The notes under the pieces are model-generated. The model worked only from the letters and a program-made list of their open reading frames with translations. It did not search any database and was not told the origin of the DNA. Positions 44,274 through 53,656 of a stretch of DNA of 64,000 bases are shown here, in pieces (the stretch's first letter is position 1; every line of letters starts with the position of its first letter). Position numbers and translations under genes: made by a program. Origin of the DNA: Pseudobdellovibrionaceae bacterium (GTDB taxonomy: Bacteria; Bdellovibrionota; Bdellovibrionia; Bdellovibrionales; JAGQZY01); the NCBI GenBank assembly GCA_020635085.1, contig JACKAL010000001.1, positions 221,318 to 285,317 of the forward strand. Direction: 5' to 3'.

Positions 44274-45002
44274 TTAGAGTGGTTTATCGGCCTGCACGAA
44301 TATTTCGATGCGGCGATTTTCAGCGCGTCCCTCAGCGGTGCTATTGTCAGAAATGGGGTGTGTATCGCCATAGGACATGGCGGAAATCTTATCCTGTGGA
44401 ATATTAAAGCCATCAATGTAAAAGCGAACGATGGCAGTTGCCCGCAAGGCGCCTAATTCCCAATTGGAAGCGATATTACCTGAGGAGAATTTCTCGTTGT
44501 CGGTGTGGCCTTCAATGACGATTTTTCTCTTGGAATTTTGCAGAATCACACCGAGTTTTCCGAGCGCCATCGCTGAAGCGGGATTAATAGTGATTTCTCC
44601 TGGTTTAAAAAGATTGGAACCTTGCAAACGAATGCGCACGCCATTTTTATCGTATATCAAGTCCTGAATCAGTCCACCACTTTCTTCGATACTCATTTTT
44701 TGTTTTATTCTTTGTTGATAGTAGCTTTGTAGATCAATAGGACTGGCATCTTTTAAATATTTTCCAATCGGTTCGAAATTAGAACCGGTCTCCAGATTAA
44801 TCGGGTTATTACCACCGCCATATTCGCCCAATTTAATACTGCTACGAAGAGAGCCTTCAAACTCTTGGGCTTTGGTTAAATCCTGGTTTGAGGTGGCATA
44901 CATGACCACAAAAAATGCAAAGAGCAAAGTAATGAAATCGGCATAGGACACTAGCCAGCGTTCGTGGTTTTCATGCTCTTCGTGGCGTTTGCGCTTAGCC
45001 AT
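44274..45002 (-). CDS. motB: flagellar stator protein MotB (OmpA-like C-terminus)
   Basis: ATG 45002 gives MAKRKRHEEHENHERWLVSYADFITLLFAFFVVMYA. C-terminal IEGHTDN, NWELGALRA and NRRIEI. It overlaps the motA 3' end by 8 nt. Confidence 0.86.
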   Translation of the reverse strand: MAKRKRHEEHENHERWLVSYADFITLLFAFFVVMYATSNQDLTKAQEFEGSLRSSIKLGEYGGGNNPINLETGSNFEPIGKYLKDASPIDLQSYYQQRIKQKMSIEESGGLIQDLIYDKNGVRIRLQGSNLFKPGEITINPASAMALGKLGVILQNSKRKIVIEGHTDNEKFSSGNIASNWELGALRATAIVRFYIDGFNIPQDKISAMSYGDTHPISDNSTAEGRAENRRIEIFVQADKPL

Positions 45003-45762
45003 CTGAAGAGTGAATCCCGGTATAGGCTTCGAGTTTTCTTTCGACCACTTTTGGATTGAGCCCAGCGCCAATCATGATGGCTCCTTCAAGAAGGGGAGCC
45101 AGTTCAAGCACGCGGTGATGGGCTTTTTTCTTAATCTTATTTCCGATTGGTAAAAAAATAAGGTTAGCCGAACCAACACCGTAAACAGTGGCGACGAATG
45201 CCACGGCAATGCCAGGTCCTAGTTTAGATGGGTCGGTTAAATTGTTCATTACGTGGATCAACCCAAGAACAGCACCAATAATTCCAACCGTCGGGGCAAA
45301 ACCTCCAGCATCGGTCCATACTTTAGCACCTGCGGTGATCATATCTTCTTCATGCTGCATACGGGTTTCGAAGATGTCGCGTACCGTGACGGGGTCAATG
45401 CCATCAATAACAGCTGACAAAGCATCGCGAAAAAAATCGTTATGGATATTAGGAAGATTTTTTTCTAAGGCAAGTAGGGATTCTTTCTTGGCTACTTGCG
45501 CGCATTGTAGAACATCCTTGATATCGCGAGAGAGGCTAGAAGGGTTATCGAAAAAACAACGGCGTGCATACTGTAGTGCGATCTTAATGTCAGATCCCGT
45601 ATTGGATAAAAGCACAGCGCCAAACGTACCACCCATGACAATGATCGCGGCAGTAAGCTGCATGAGTGAGGCGGTGTGTCCGCCTTCCATGATATTTCCG
45701 AGAAGAATTGCTGCAAACCCTAAAACCAGACCGACGAGTGAAGCTATGTCCATAGCTTCCAT
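44995..45762 (-). CDS. motA: flagellar stator protein MotA (MotA/TolQ/ExbB family)
   Basis: 255 aa with 4 TM. GFAPTVGIIGAVLGLI and AVAFVATVYGVGSANLIFLPI. Confidence 0.88.
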   Translation of the reverse strand: MEAMDIASLVGLVLGFAAILLGNIMEGGHTASLMQLTAAIIVMGGTFGAVLLSNTGSDIKIALQYARRCFFDNPSSLSRDIKDVLQCAQVAKKESLLALEKNLPNIHNDFFRDALSAVIDGIDPVTVRDIFETRMQHEEDMITAGAKVWTDAGGFAPTVGIIGAVLGLIHVMNNLTDPSKLGPGIAVAFVATVYGVGSANLIFLPIGNKIKKKAHHRVLELAPLLEGAIMIGAGLNPKVVERKLEAYTGIHSSDG

Positions 45763-45855
45763 TATGCAACCGTTTCATGTCTTTAAAAAAGCCCTCTCTT
45801 ATGCAAGCAGGACTATTAGCTAGCGAGTCTTACAAAAAACTGAGCTGACAAAGCA

Positions 45856-46044
45856 TTAGTGCCCATTAGGGGTTTTGTGGTCATGCGATTCTTGGAGTAC
45901 AGGGTTCTCTTCTGTGCGATGTTCGGCCTCGATCTCTTGAGCTTTTTTACCAGTAATTCCCACCCATTCGGGGTATAAAATAGCAATAACCGCATAAGCC
46001 AAGAAGAAAAAAACAGTGATTCCCGCAATGATGAAAATTTCCAT
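45856..46044 (-). CDS. small single-TM protein (62 aa), hypothetical
   Basis: AGAGAG purine-rich stretch before the ATG. Clear TM MEIFIIAGITVFFFLAYAVIAILYP followed by a charged tail. It lies upstream of motA on the same strand. Confidence 0.4.
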   Translation of the reverse strand: MEIFIIAGITVFFFLAYAVIAILYPEWVGITGKKAQEIEAEHRTEENPVLQESHDHKTPNGH

Positions 46045-46187
46045 GCTCTCTTTGTAGTGTGCTTTTTAAGAAACGACAAACACTTTGTTTTTTTCCTGAC
46101 AAAAAAGAGATTTTCCGCTATTTTTCGAAACTATTAACCAGATTAATCAGTGGGCATTAATCCTTTAACGGGTGAGAGAATAAATTC

Positions 46188-47813
46188 ATGATCTATGTTT
46201 CGGGTATCGCAAAGCATTTTGGAAGTAAAGTTTTATATAAAGATGGCTCTTTTCAGATCAACCGTGGGGAAAAGATTGGACTGGTGGGGGCGAATGGTTC
46301 TGGTAAAACGACGATTTTTCGTATTCTAGCGGGAGAGGAATCAGTCGATGAGGGTGAAGTTTCTAACTCGGATAAACTGGTGATTGGTTATTTTTCACAA
46401 AACCTCGAAGAGATGTCGGGGAGAACCGCCCTTCAGGAAGTGGAATCAGCCCATCCGCGCTACCGTGAGGTTCAGCAGGAACTTGCGCGTCTAGAGGCTA
46501 AATTGTCTGAGCCAATGGATGATGATGAGATGGCGAAGACTCTGGAGCGCTACGGCGAGCTTCAGGGCGAATTTGAAAACATGGGAGGATATGAACTCGA
46601 GGCCAAAGCCGCAGAGATTCTCACGGGACTGGGTGTCGGCCCTGAAGATTACAATCGTCCTGTGGAAACATTTAGCGGCGGATGGAAGATGCGTATCGCT
46701 CTTGCCAAAATTTTATTGATAAACCCCGATCTACTACTAATGGATGAGCCGACCAACCACTTGGATGTGGAATCGATCATGTGGCTCGAGGGTTGGCTAA
46801 AAGAATTTAAAGGCGCCATCCTCATGACAAGTCACGATCGCGAATTTATGAATCAGATTGTATCGCGAGTGATCGAAGTCGCGCACCAAAAACTCCATCT
46901 TTACGGGGGCAATTACGATTTTTATGAGAAAGAACGCGAAATTCGTTTGCAGCAATTAATGGCTTCCGCTAAGCGCCAGGAAGATATGCTCGCAAAAGAA
47001 AAAGAATTCATTGCCCGCTTTGCTGCGCGCGCGTCGCATGCAGCGCAAGTACAGTCGCGAGTCAAAAAGATTGAAAAAATTGATATCATTGAAATCCCCA
47101 CCGAAGAAAAAGCCATTCGTTTTGAATGGCCACAGTCGGCGCGTGGTGGAGATGAGGTGTTGGTCGTTGAGAATCTAACCAAAACCTGGCAGACGCCGGA
47201 AAATAAAGAAAAACTCGTATTTCGTGATATCAGTGCGTTGGTGAAGCGCCAAGATCGCATTGCCGTCGTCGGAGTGAACGGTGCGGGGAAATCCACTTTC
47301 ATGAAGGTAGTCACCGGGCAAGCGGATCCCACCTCGGGGACCTACAAGATTGGACCGAGTATTGAAGTGGGTTATTTTTCACAAAATTCTTTAGATGTAC
47401 TTAATCCAGAGTCCACTATTTTCGAAGAAGTCCATTCTCATATGCCGACAGCATCGGTTGGTTTTGTCAGAACACTGTTAGGTTCACTATTATTTTCTGG
47501 CGATGAGGTAGACAAAAAAATTAAAATTTTATCGGGTGGAGAAAAAAGTCGCGTGGTTCTCGCCACGATTTTATCGAAACCTGTAAATTTTCTGGTTCTC
47601 GATGAGCCGACCAATCACTTGGATATCAAATCGCGCGAAATTCTTATGGAAGCCTTAAATCGTTTTGAAGGTACCATTATGATGGTGAGTCACGATCGCT
47701 ATTTCTTGCGTGCATTAACCAATCGTGTTTTTGCCTTAAGTAAAAATAAACTAATTATTTTTGATGGCACATACGATGAGTATTTAGAGCGTGCCGAGCA
47801 GCTGCATGCATAG
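46188..47813 (+). CDS. ABC-F family ATPase (YbiT-like, two NBDs, no TM domain)
   Basis: Two Walker A motifs (GANGSGKTT, GVNGAGKST), two signatures (FSGGWKMR, LSGGEKSR) and two Walker B motifs (LLLMDEPTNHLD, FLVLDEPTNHLD), with an inter-domain linker. Confidence 0.9.
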   Translation: MIYVSGIAKHFGSKVLYKDGSFQINRGEKIGLVGANGSGKTTIFRILAGEESVDEGEVSNSDKLVIGYFSQNLEEMSGRTALQEVESAHPRYREVQQELARLEAKLSEPMDDDEMAKTLERYGELQGEFENMGGYELEAKAAEILTGLGVGPEDYNRPVETFSGGWKMRIALAKILLINPDLLLMDEPTNHLDVESIMWLEGWLKEFKGAILMTSHDREFMNQIVSRVIEVAHQKLHLYGGNYDFYEKEREIRLQQLMASAKRQEDMLAKEKEFIARFAARASHAAQVQSRVKKIEKIDIIEIPTEEKAIRFEWPQSARGGDEVLVVENLTKTWQTPENKEKLVFRDISALVKRQDRIAVVGVNGAGKSTFMKVVTGQADPTSGTYKIGPSIEVGYFSQNSLDVLNPESTIFEEVHSHMPTASVGFVRTLLGSLLFSGDEVDKKIKILSGGEKSRVVLATILSKPVNFLVLDEPTNHLDIKSREILMEALNRFEGTIMMVSHDRYFLRALTNRVFALSKNKLIIFDGTYDEYLERAEQLHA

Positions 47814-47940
47814 TGAGTAAAAATATGTGTTTTATTTCGACACACGATCAATGTTTATCATAGGCGAGTGCCGTAAAATGTACTTAATGCGCCATTAATT
47901 GGCTTCACCTTTGCACTTTGACAGTGCAGGGGGGATTCTT

Positions 47941-49131
47941 ATGCTAAAAAAATGGGTGTGTGTCATTTTGATACAAGCATCTTTTGTAAGCCAAGTGCAG
48001 GCGTTAGAGATCTATTTAAATAATCCACCAACAGATTATAGCGTTTACGAATGGAGCGCACGTCGTAAAAGTATTATTCGTAGCGGACGCATTGGCGGTA
48101 TCGATGGATTTACTTTTTCTGTGCCTGATCAGTATATTGTTCGCCGTAAAGGAAAGGTCAATATTTCTGCTACCCTTCGTAATTGGCGTCGTCATACAGC
48201 AGTGCAAGACGGTAATCCACGTACCCGCGGCGGTATTGGTTATTATCCTTTTAAAGATGTAAAAGGAAATCAGCATTACGTTGCACTTGAGTACTTAAAT
48301 GACAGAATCAAAAAATATTCGGGAGTTATGATAACGACGAATGCTTCGACAAGCGAATCTGATCAAGAGGAATCTCAGCAGCCATCGGGATCAGACAAGC
48401 CTAAAACAAATACACAACAGAGCCATCGACCATCGATGCCTATGGCAACGAGTCCGCTGCAAGCGCCAGATGATGGCAGTAGTTCAGAAATTGTGGGTGG
48501 TGGTAACTCAACCGAGCATCAGAATGTAGCTGAAGAAGATCCCGTGTCGAATGCTACGTTCGATTTAAATGGATGTCGATATGAAAAAGTCTGTTGGAGC
48601 GATAAAAGTATTAAAGAAAAAATTAAAAAAATTGTCGCCAATGTTGATTCTGTAAATAAGATGCATGGTAGCCAAGTTAATCCAAGATATTTTTTATGCA
48701 CAGGTTGGAAAGAGTCACGCTTTAATCCAGGAGCTGTGGGCTCAAATGGTGACAAAGGAATGTTCCAAGTGATGCCAGCAACTGGTAAAGCGGCCTTGCG
48801 ATACAAATCACTTATTCCTGGATTTCAGAATATGTCTGGGCAACAGTTTATGAGTAAAATGGTGAATAGCACACTGGCTCAAACAGAACTCTCGTATTTA
48901 ACATTAAAAATGAAAGTGGCCGAAGGGGTTAGTAAAAGAGTCTTAGATGGTACCGGCTCGGTAAATGATTATCAAACTCTAGCCTATCGTTACAATGGAC
49001 AAGGACCACGTGCAAGGCGGTATAGCCGTCATATTAGCATGTGCTATTCGTGTTTACTTCATGCCATGCCAAATACTTCTGAATTTAATAGCAATTCAGT
49101 GGAAAATTGTTTGGGTAAAGCAGATTATTAA
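47941..49131 (+). CDS. secreted protein with C-terminal SLT-type lytic transglycosylase domain
   Basis: G-rich RBS then ATG 47941 and signal peptide MLKKWVCVILIQASFVSQVQA. GWKESRFNPGAVGSNGDKGMFQVMPATG matches the SLT catalytic ES...Q.MP pattern. Confidence 0.75.
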   Translation: MLKKWVCVILIQASFVSQVQALEIYLNNPPTDYSVYEWSARRKSIIRSGRIGGIDGFTFSVPDQYIVRRKGKVNISATLRNWRRHTAVQDGNPRTRGGIGYYPFKDVKGNQHYVALEYLNDRIKKYSGVMITTNASTSESDQEESQQPSGSDKPKTNTQQSHRPSMPMATSPLQAPDDGSSSEIVGGGNSTEHQNVAEEDPVSNATFDLNGCRYEKVCWSDKSIKEKIKKIVANVDSVNKMHGSQVNPRYFLCTGWKESRFNPGAVGSNGDKGMFQVMPATGKAALRYKSLIPGFQNMSGQQFMSKMVNSTLAQTELSYLTLKMKVAEGVSKRVLDGTGSVNDYQTLAYRYNGQGPRARRYSRHISMCYSCLLHAMPNTSEFNSNSVENCLGKADY

Positions 49132-49143
49132 TAAGGAGAAACT

Positions 49144-49692
49144 ATGCGTTTTGTGACTATGATTTTTCTTTTAGTATGTTCTAATGTCTGGGCAAATTCT
49201 TATTTAGCTATTGATGATGGAAATAATGGTCAATTCGTAGCCGAAGTGGATGCACAGAATTTTTTGCAATTAAATATTAAAAATAAAAAAACGGGTAAAA
49301 CAAAACATGTAAAATTTAATCACACGATTAGTGATTTTCAAAAAATCGTAGTTGAAATTCCTAATGGCAAACAGCAAAAACAGCTTGAGTTATATTTAGT
49401 GGTTTTGGCGAGCAGTAGCGCTGTGCAAAATGTGATCGTATTTTCTCCAAGTGAATCCCAAAAAACGGACACCGAGCGAAACCCACTATTCATGTGTAAT
49501 AAAACGAACTATGGAAATTTTTATTGGGACAATCCGCAAGAGTTAAGAGATCTGATAAAAGTTAAAGAAGAAGCTAAGCAAACAAATATTTTATTAATGA
49601 TTCAGTCAAAAGAACCATCAGTAGGTTCAGCGGCAGTAAAATCGAGCGCCCAATTGCAACTTTGTGGTGCTCTTCCCCACGGTAGTCTATAG
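49144..49692 (+). CDS. secreted hypothetical protein
   Basis: AAGGAG RBS 12 nt after the upstream stop. Signal peptide MRFVTMIFLLVCSNVWA. 182 aa. Confidence 0.6.
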   Translation: MRFVTMIFLLVCSNVWANSYLAIDDGNNGQFVAEVDAQNFLQLNIKNKKTGKTKHVKFNHTISDFQKIVVEIPNGKQQKQLELYLVVLASSSAVQNVIVFSPSESQKTDTERNPLFMCNKTNYGNFYWDNPQELRDLIKVKEEAKQTNILLMIQSKEPSVGSAAVKSSAQLQLCGALPHGSL

Positions 49693-49859
49693 ATTTTTTA
49701 GACATACCGTCGGCATAAGTTCTATGGGATCTCATGTTTGTGTGCCCAGCGTTGCAGTAGACCCACATTTATAGGCTATATCAAACTTCAGAAGATGATT
49801 TGGGTGCCTATTCAATATAATAGTTGCTCTAAAAATTCATATAGGCAAAAATAGACGGC

Positions 49860-51098
49860 ATGTGGAAATTTATTACCTCACTTAAAATGACAACTTGGAT
49901 TTTTATTGCCCTTGTGGTGGGTCTTCTCATCGGAGTCTATTTACCTGAGACGGCGCATATGATTAAACCTTTTCGAACTTTGTTCTTAAACGGTGTTAAA
50001 TGTATCATTGCACCTCTTATTTTTGCATCCGTAGTGACAGGGATCAATTCTGCAGGCAGTGTGTCTGGTCTTGGAAAAACGGGGTTGAGGGCTATTTTAT
50101 GGTTTGAATTGGCAACAACAATGGCCCTCGTGATCGGTCTAGTCTTTGTTAATTGGCTAAAACCCGGGAGTGGTTTATCTATTGGTTCGACTCATGTTAC
50201 GCAAGATATTGTCAGTGCCTCACAAACAACAATGTCTTTGGAGAAATTTATCGAACATATTCTACCAACTAACTTTGCTGAGGCGATCGTCAAAGGAGAT
50301 GTGCTCCAAATTGTTCTCTTTTCTGTGATTTTTGGAGTTGCTATTTTATTGGCCGGTGAAAAAGCAAAACCTGTGCTTTTGTTATGTACCAGTCTCAATG
50401 AAATCATGTTTAAATTTACCGAAATTATTATGTATTTAGCTCCTATTGGTGTGGGGGCCGCTATTGCAGGTTCTGTCGCAGAACACGGTTTAGCGGTTCT
50501 TTTACCAATGGCAAAATTAGTAGGTACATTGTATTTGGCTTTGGTTGTCTTTGTTATTACGGTATTGGTGCCAGCCTTGATATATGCTAAAGTTAAAATT
50601 AAAAAATTTTTCTTGGAACTGCGACCCAGTTTGGTGTTGGCATTTGCCACAACATCGAGTGAGTCCGCTTATCCGATGGCTTTTCAATCTTTAGAAAATA
50701 TGGGTATAAAAAATCGTATTGCCAGTTTTGTACTTCCACTTGGTTATAGTTTTAATCTTGATGGATCTACTCTCTATCTTGCCATTGCTTCGGTTTTTAT
50801 ATCGCAAGCTGCAGGCATTGAGCTTTCGGTTGGAACTCAAATCACTATGATGCTCACCCTCATGTTGACCACGAAAGGAGTTGCTGCAGTACCTCGCGCA
50901 TCGTTGGTCGTTTTATCTGCAACTCTAACTGCATTTGGCTTACCACTAGAGGGCTTAGTTTTGATTATCGGTGTCGATGAGTTTATGGATATGGCCCGTA
51001 CAACAGTGAATCTCTTAGGTAACTGTGTGGCTACCACGGTTGTGGCTCGCTGGGAAAGAGAACCTCTATTTGCTGACTATCAGCATCTCACTGATTAA
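49860..51098 (+). CDS. dicarboxylate/amino acid:cation symporter (DAACS, GltP/DctA-like)
   Basis: 412 aa. TSSESAYPMA, GYSFNLDGSTLY and VDEFMDMARTTVNLLGN are DAACS hallmarks. Confidence 0.9.
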   Translation: MWKFITSLKMTTWIFIALVVGLLIGVYLPETAHMIKPFRTLFLNGVKCIIAPLIFASVVTGINSAGSVSGLGKTGLRAILWFELATTMALVIGLVFVNWLKPGSGLSIGSTHVTQDIVSASQTTMSLEKFIEHILPTNFAEAIVKGDVLQIVLFSVIFGVAILLAGEKAKPVLLLCTSLNEIMFKFTEIIMYLAPIGVGAAIAGSVAEHGLAVLLPMAKLVGTLYLALVVFVITVLVPALIYAKVKIKKFFLELRPSLVLAFATTSSESAYPMAFQSLENMGIKNRIASFVLPLGYSFNLDGSTLYLAIASVFISQAAGIELSVGTQITMMLTLMLTTKGVAAVPRASLVVLSATLTAFGLPLEGLVLIIGVDEFMDMARTTVNLLGNCVATTVVARWEREPLFADYQHLTD

Positions 51099-51139
51099 TA
51101 TGTTGATCGATATCAATTTATAATAAGATACGCTCTTTA

Positions 51140-51604
51140 TTAAAAATGTTCCTGGCAAAGAGACTGACAATCCATTGAACTCTTCGCAGAGTTGGCGAGT
51201 TCAGAGCCAAAAACTGTACTTTCATAGTCTTTCACTTCAAAGAAAGACGTTTTATCACAATCATTAAGATCTGTTTTTTCTTTGTACCAGGCGGCGTAGA
51301 CGGCTGCTTTATAAGATGTATTTTTAGCAATCACGCAACCCATATAGCAGTGTTTTAATTTATCACTTTTCATTTTTTTCGTTTTGGATAATTCTGTTTT
51401 ATAGGTGTGCCAAGCGCCAATCACCTCGAGAATCCCTGGAGCTTCTGGTTCTGAATCCTGCCACTGCTGATTTGCTTGCAGCCAGTCGTCTTTGCTAAAA
51501 GGTTTTTTAGTCAAAACATTAATTTCTGAAGCAAAGCATGCAGAATCAGCTGAGGCAAGAGAAGTTATAACTGTAATAAAAATAAATGTGAATAGTTTGG
51601 TCAT
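51140..51604 (-). CDS. secreted Cys-containing hypothetical protein
   Basis: Signal peptide MTKLFTFIFITVITSLASA. 154 aa with 6 Cys in the mature part (HCYMGC, NDCDK, DCQSLC). Confidence 0.6.
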   Translation of the reverse strand: MTKLFTFIFITVITSLASADSACFASEINVLTKKPFSKDDWLQANQQWQDSEPEAPGILEVIGAWHTYKTELSKTKKMKSDKLKHCYMGCVIAKNTSYKAAVYAAWYKEKTDLNDCDKTSFFEVKDYESTVFGSELANSAKSSMDCQSLCQEHF

Positions 51605-52029
51605 ATCAATAAAGCGTTAGAAGTTTAGTTCATAAATATAGCGATAGAAATTGAATTCAATAGAAATGTAAATATTATTAATACAGTATTCACTCAATCT
51701 AAGATGCCCCCTAGTGGGTATACATGGATGGTTGCATTTTGGGATTGTATCGAGCGAAATAACAATAATTGTAATCACCATGCGACAAAAGATGTCAGGA
51801 TCATATTATGCAACATGCTTTATTGAAATTTATCCTTAGTTAGTTCCAGATTGGAATAATTTGTAAAGAAATGTTTCTCTGCGCACTTAACTGCATTTTA
51901 TAAATTGTCGGTAAAAAAATTAGTCACTTCTTTTTTTTGGAATTTTTTTTGAATAAGCAAGCGATGACTGCTGTGGTTGGTTTTTTAGCAGTCAAAGGAG
52001 ATCAAAAAAATATTAAGAAGGAGGAGTGT

Positions 52030-52842
52030 ATGAAAAAATGCACAGTGATTGGTTTCATTTTTGGAATGATTTATGTAACGGGATGTGGGCAGCCCACATA
52101 TCAGCAGCAAAAAGCACCTGTTGCAGTAGGTGCTGTGATGAAAAATATAGCAGAAAATAATAATCAAGATATCGGTAACGTAATTGAAGTTATGGAGGAT
52201 ATAGAAATTTCTGCAAAAGAAAATAGTAGTGATGAATTAAAATCGTATCATCTCGTTGCGGGGGATACATTTACAGTGATTCAGAAGAAAATGGAAAATA
52301 ATCAAGAATATGCGTTGATTTATATTGAAGACGCAGATCAAACAGACAATCTGCAGCAGGCTGTTTGGGTGCCGACAAAAGAACTATTAAATGCGAAGAT
52401 GCAAGTTGCCGATCTAGAAGATCCATTCGATGACAATGGCGAGGAAAAAGCTGAAATCAATTCCGATAAGTTTATTGCGCTTGCAGCCGCTGTTTCTAAA
52501 AAATCTAGAAAAAGAAGTGGATCTGGGCGTGGCAAACGTCGAATGACATACTGCTATCGTTTTGTAAAGATTCGTCTACAACAGTTGGGATTAGTTAAAG
52601 GTTATCTTCCTGGCGGCTCTGCCAAAAATGCGTACTCACTTTTACCACGCTACGGTTTCCATAGCACAGGTGGCGGTCCTTCTGGTGCAGGCATTAATGA
52701 TGTGTGTGTTTATTCTGGAGGAAATGGTGGTCATGGTCACATTGAAATACGTGTGAGTGGTGGATGGTGGTATGGATACGGTGTGAAATCGTCGTCGATT
52801 AGCCTTAGTAACCACCGTTTGTTGGGTTGTTTTGGAAAGTAA
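52030..52842 (+). CDS. lipoprotein with C-terminal CHAP/NlpC-P60-like cysteine peptidase domain (putative peptidoglycan hydrolase)
   Basis: AAGGAGG RBS before ATG 52030. Lipobox MKKCTVIGFIFGMIYVTGCG. Cys in TYCYRFVKIRL and His in GHGHIEIR are about 60 aa apart, with GSAKNAY and NDVCVY between them, which is CHAP-like spacing. Confidence 0.55.
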   Translation: MKKCTVIGFIFGMIYVTGCGQPTYQQQKAPVAVGAVMKNIAENNNQDIGNVIEVMEDIEISAKENSSDELKSYHLVAGDTFTVIQKKMENNQEYALIYIEDADQTDNLQQAVWVPTKELLNAKMQVADLEDPFDDNGEEKAEINSDKFIALAAAVSKKSRKRSGSGRGKRRMTYCYRFVKIRLQQLGLVKGYLPGGSAKNAYSLLPRYGFHSTGGGPSGAGINDVCVYSGGNGGHGHIEIRVSGGWWYGYGVKSSSISLSNHRLLGCFGK

Positions 52843-52930
52843 AAGTTTTTTTGAACATACAGCTAATATATTTTAGATCCGTTGGATCTCGCGTATATGC
52901 CATATGCTCGTATTTAAAAAGATTGGGGAC

Positions 52931-52963
52931 TTTTTAGCGCTTCTTAAAAAAGAAGCGCTTTTT
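52931..52963. terminator. bidirectional Rho-independent terminator between convergent genes
   Basis: AGCGCTTCTT (52936-52945) / AAGAAGCGCT (52950-52959), AAAA loop, flanked by T5 on the left and T4 on the right. Confidence 0.75.
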
Positions 52964-53015
52964 ATAGTACGTGCGCAAATGTGTGATCGGTGGAAAACAT
53001 ATCATGCTGTTCAAT

Positions 53016-53498
53016 TTATGGCGATGGCTGCGCCGCAATCTGAGGTTGTACATTAAAATGATTTAGTTTTGCTAACTTCTCAGGCATTACACCTTTTTGG
53101 AAGGACTCTTTATCACTGCGTTCACCGAATTCAATTCTATTTTCTGATACAAAGATATTCTGTATACGATCGAGTCCAATAGCGGTTAATCCTTTTTCAT
53201 TTTCGCAAAAGTAAATATCTCCCTCGCGCTCAATACCATAGAGATCCCATAGCCCTGATGTAAAGAAACGAATTTTGATTCCGGTATCTATTGCAGTAAG
53301 AAAAAAGTAAGATCCTTTTGTTTTATTCACGTAGCCAATAGGTTGTTGGGGAGAAAGAAAGTTTTGTATTTTTTTTAAATTTTCTGTTTGATCAAGTTCG
53401 CTATACGTATGGGCGCAGGTGTCTGCTGCGAGATATTGGCAGGGTAGGGTTCCCATGATGAAAAAAGCCAAAATTCTAGTAGTCATAAATACTTTCAA
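53016..53498 (-). CDS. secreted hypothetical protein
   Basis: Hydrophobic N-terminus MKVFMTTRILAFFIMGTLPCQYLAA. 160 aa. Confidence 0.55.
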   Translation of the reverse strand: MKVFMTTRILAFFIMGTLPCQYLAADTCAHTYSELDQTENLKKIQNFLSPQQPIGYVNKTKGSYFFLTAIDTGIKIRFFTSGLWDLYGIEREGDIYFCENEKGLTAIGLDRIQNIFVSENRIEFGERSDKESFQKGVMPEKLAKLNHFNVQPQIAAQPSP

Positions 53499-53656
53499 GG
53501 TGCTTTGAGCACCTTATTTTATTGTAAATGGAAAGCATTTATAGATGTAAAAAATTACTCAAAAGAACACACATTGTTTTAATTTGAGACACCAAGGACG
53601 ACCAATGTCTCAGTTAGCAAAAGCTTCCAGATGATTATTGATACGTTTATCAATAA

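Noticed and set aside
45188-45823. 211-aa ORF on the + strand
   Set aside because: It lies entirely antisense to motA, which has clear MotA/TolQ/ExbB motifs. Its translation is Ala/Ser/Pro/Arg-rich low complexity with no start context. This is a typical shadow ORF.
45816-46079. 87-aa ORF overlapping the 62-aa small ORF in another frame
   Set aside because: It gives a basic, low-complexity translation with no TM or motif. The 62-aa frame has a clean TM helix and a better start context.
46922-47332. 136-aa ORF antisense to the ABC-F gene
   Set aside because: It sits inside a gene with unmistakable Walker and signature motifs on the other strand. Similar shadows at 50192-50650 (in the DAACS gene), 26522-26950, 59666-60073 and 30999-31379 were rejected for the same reason.
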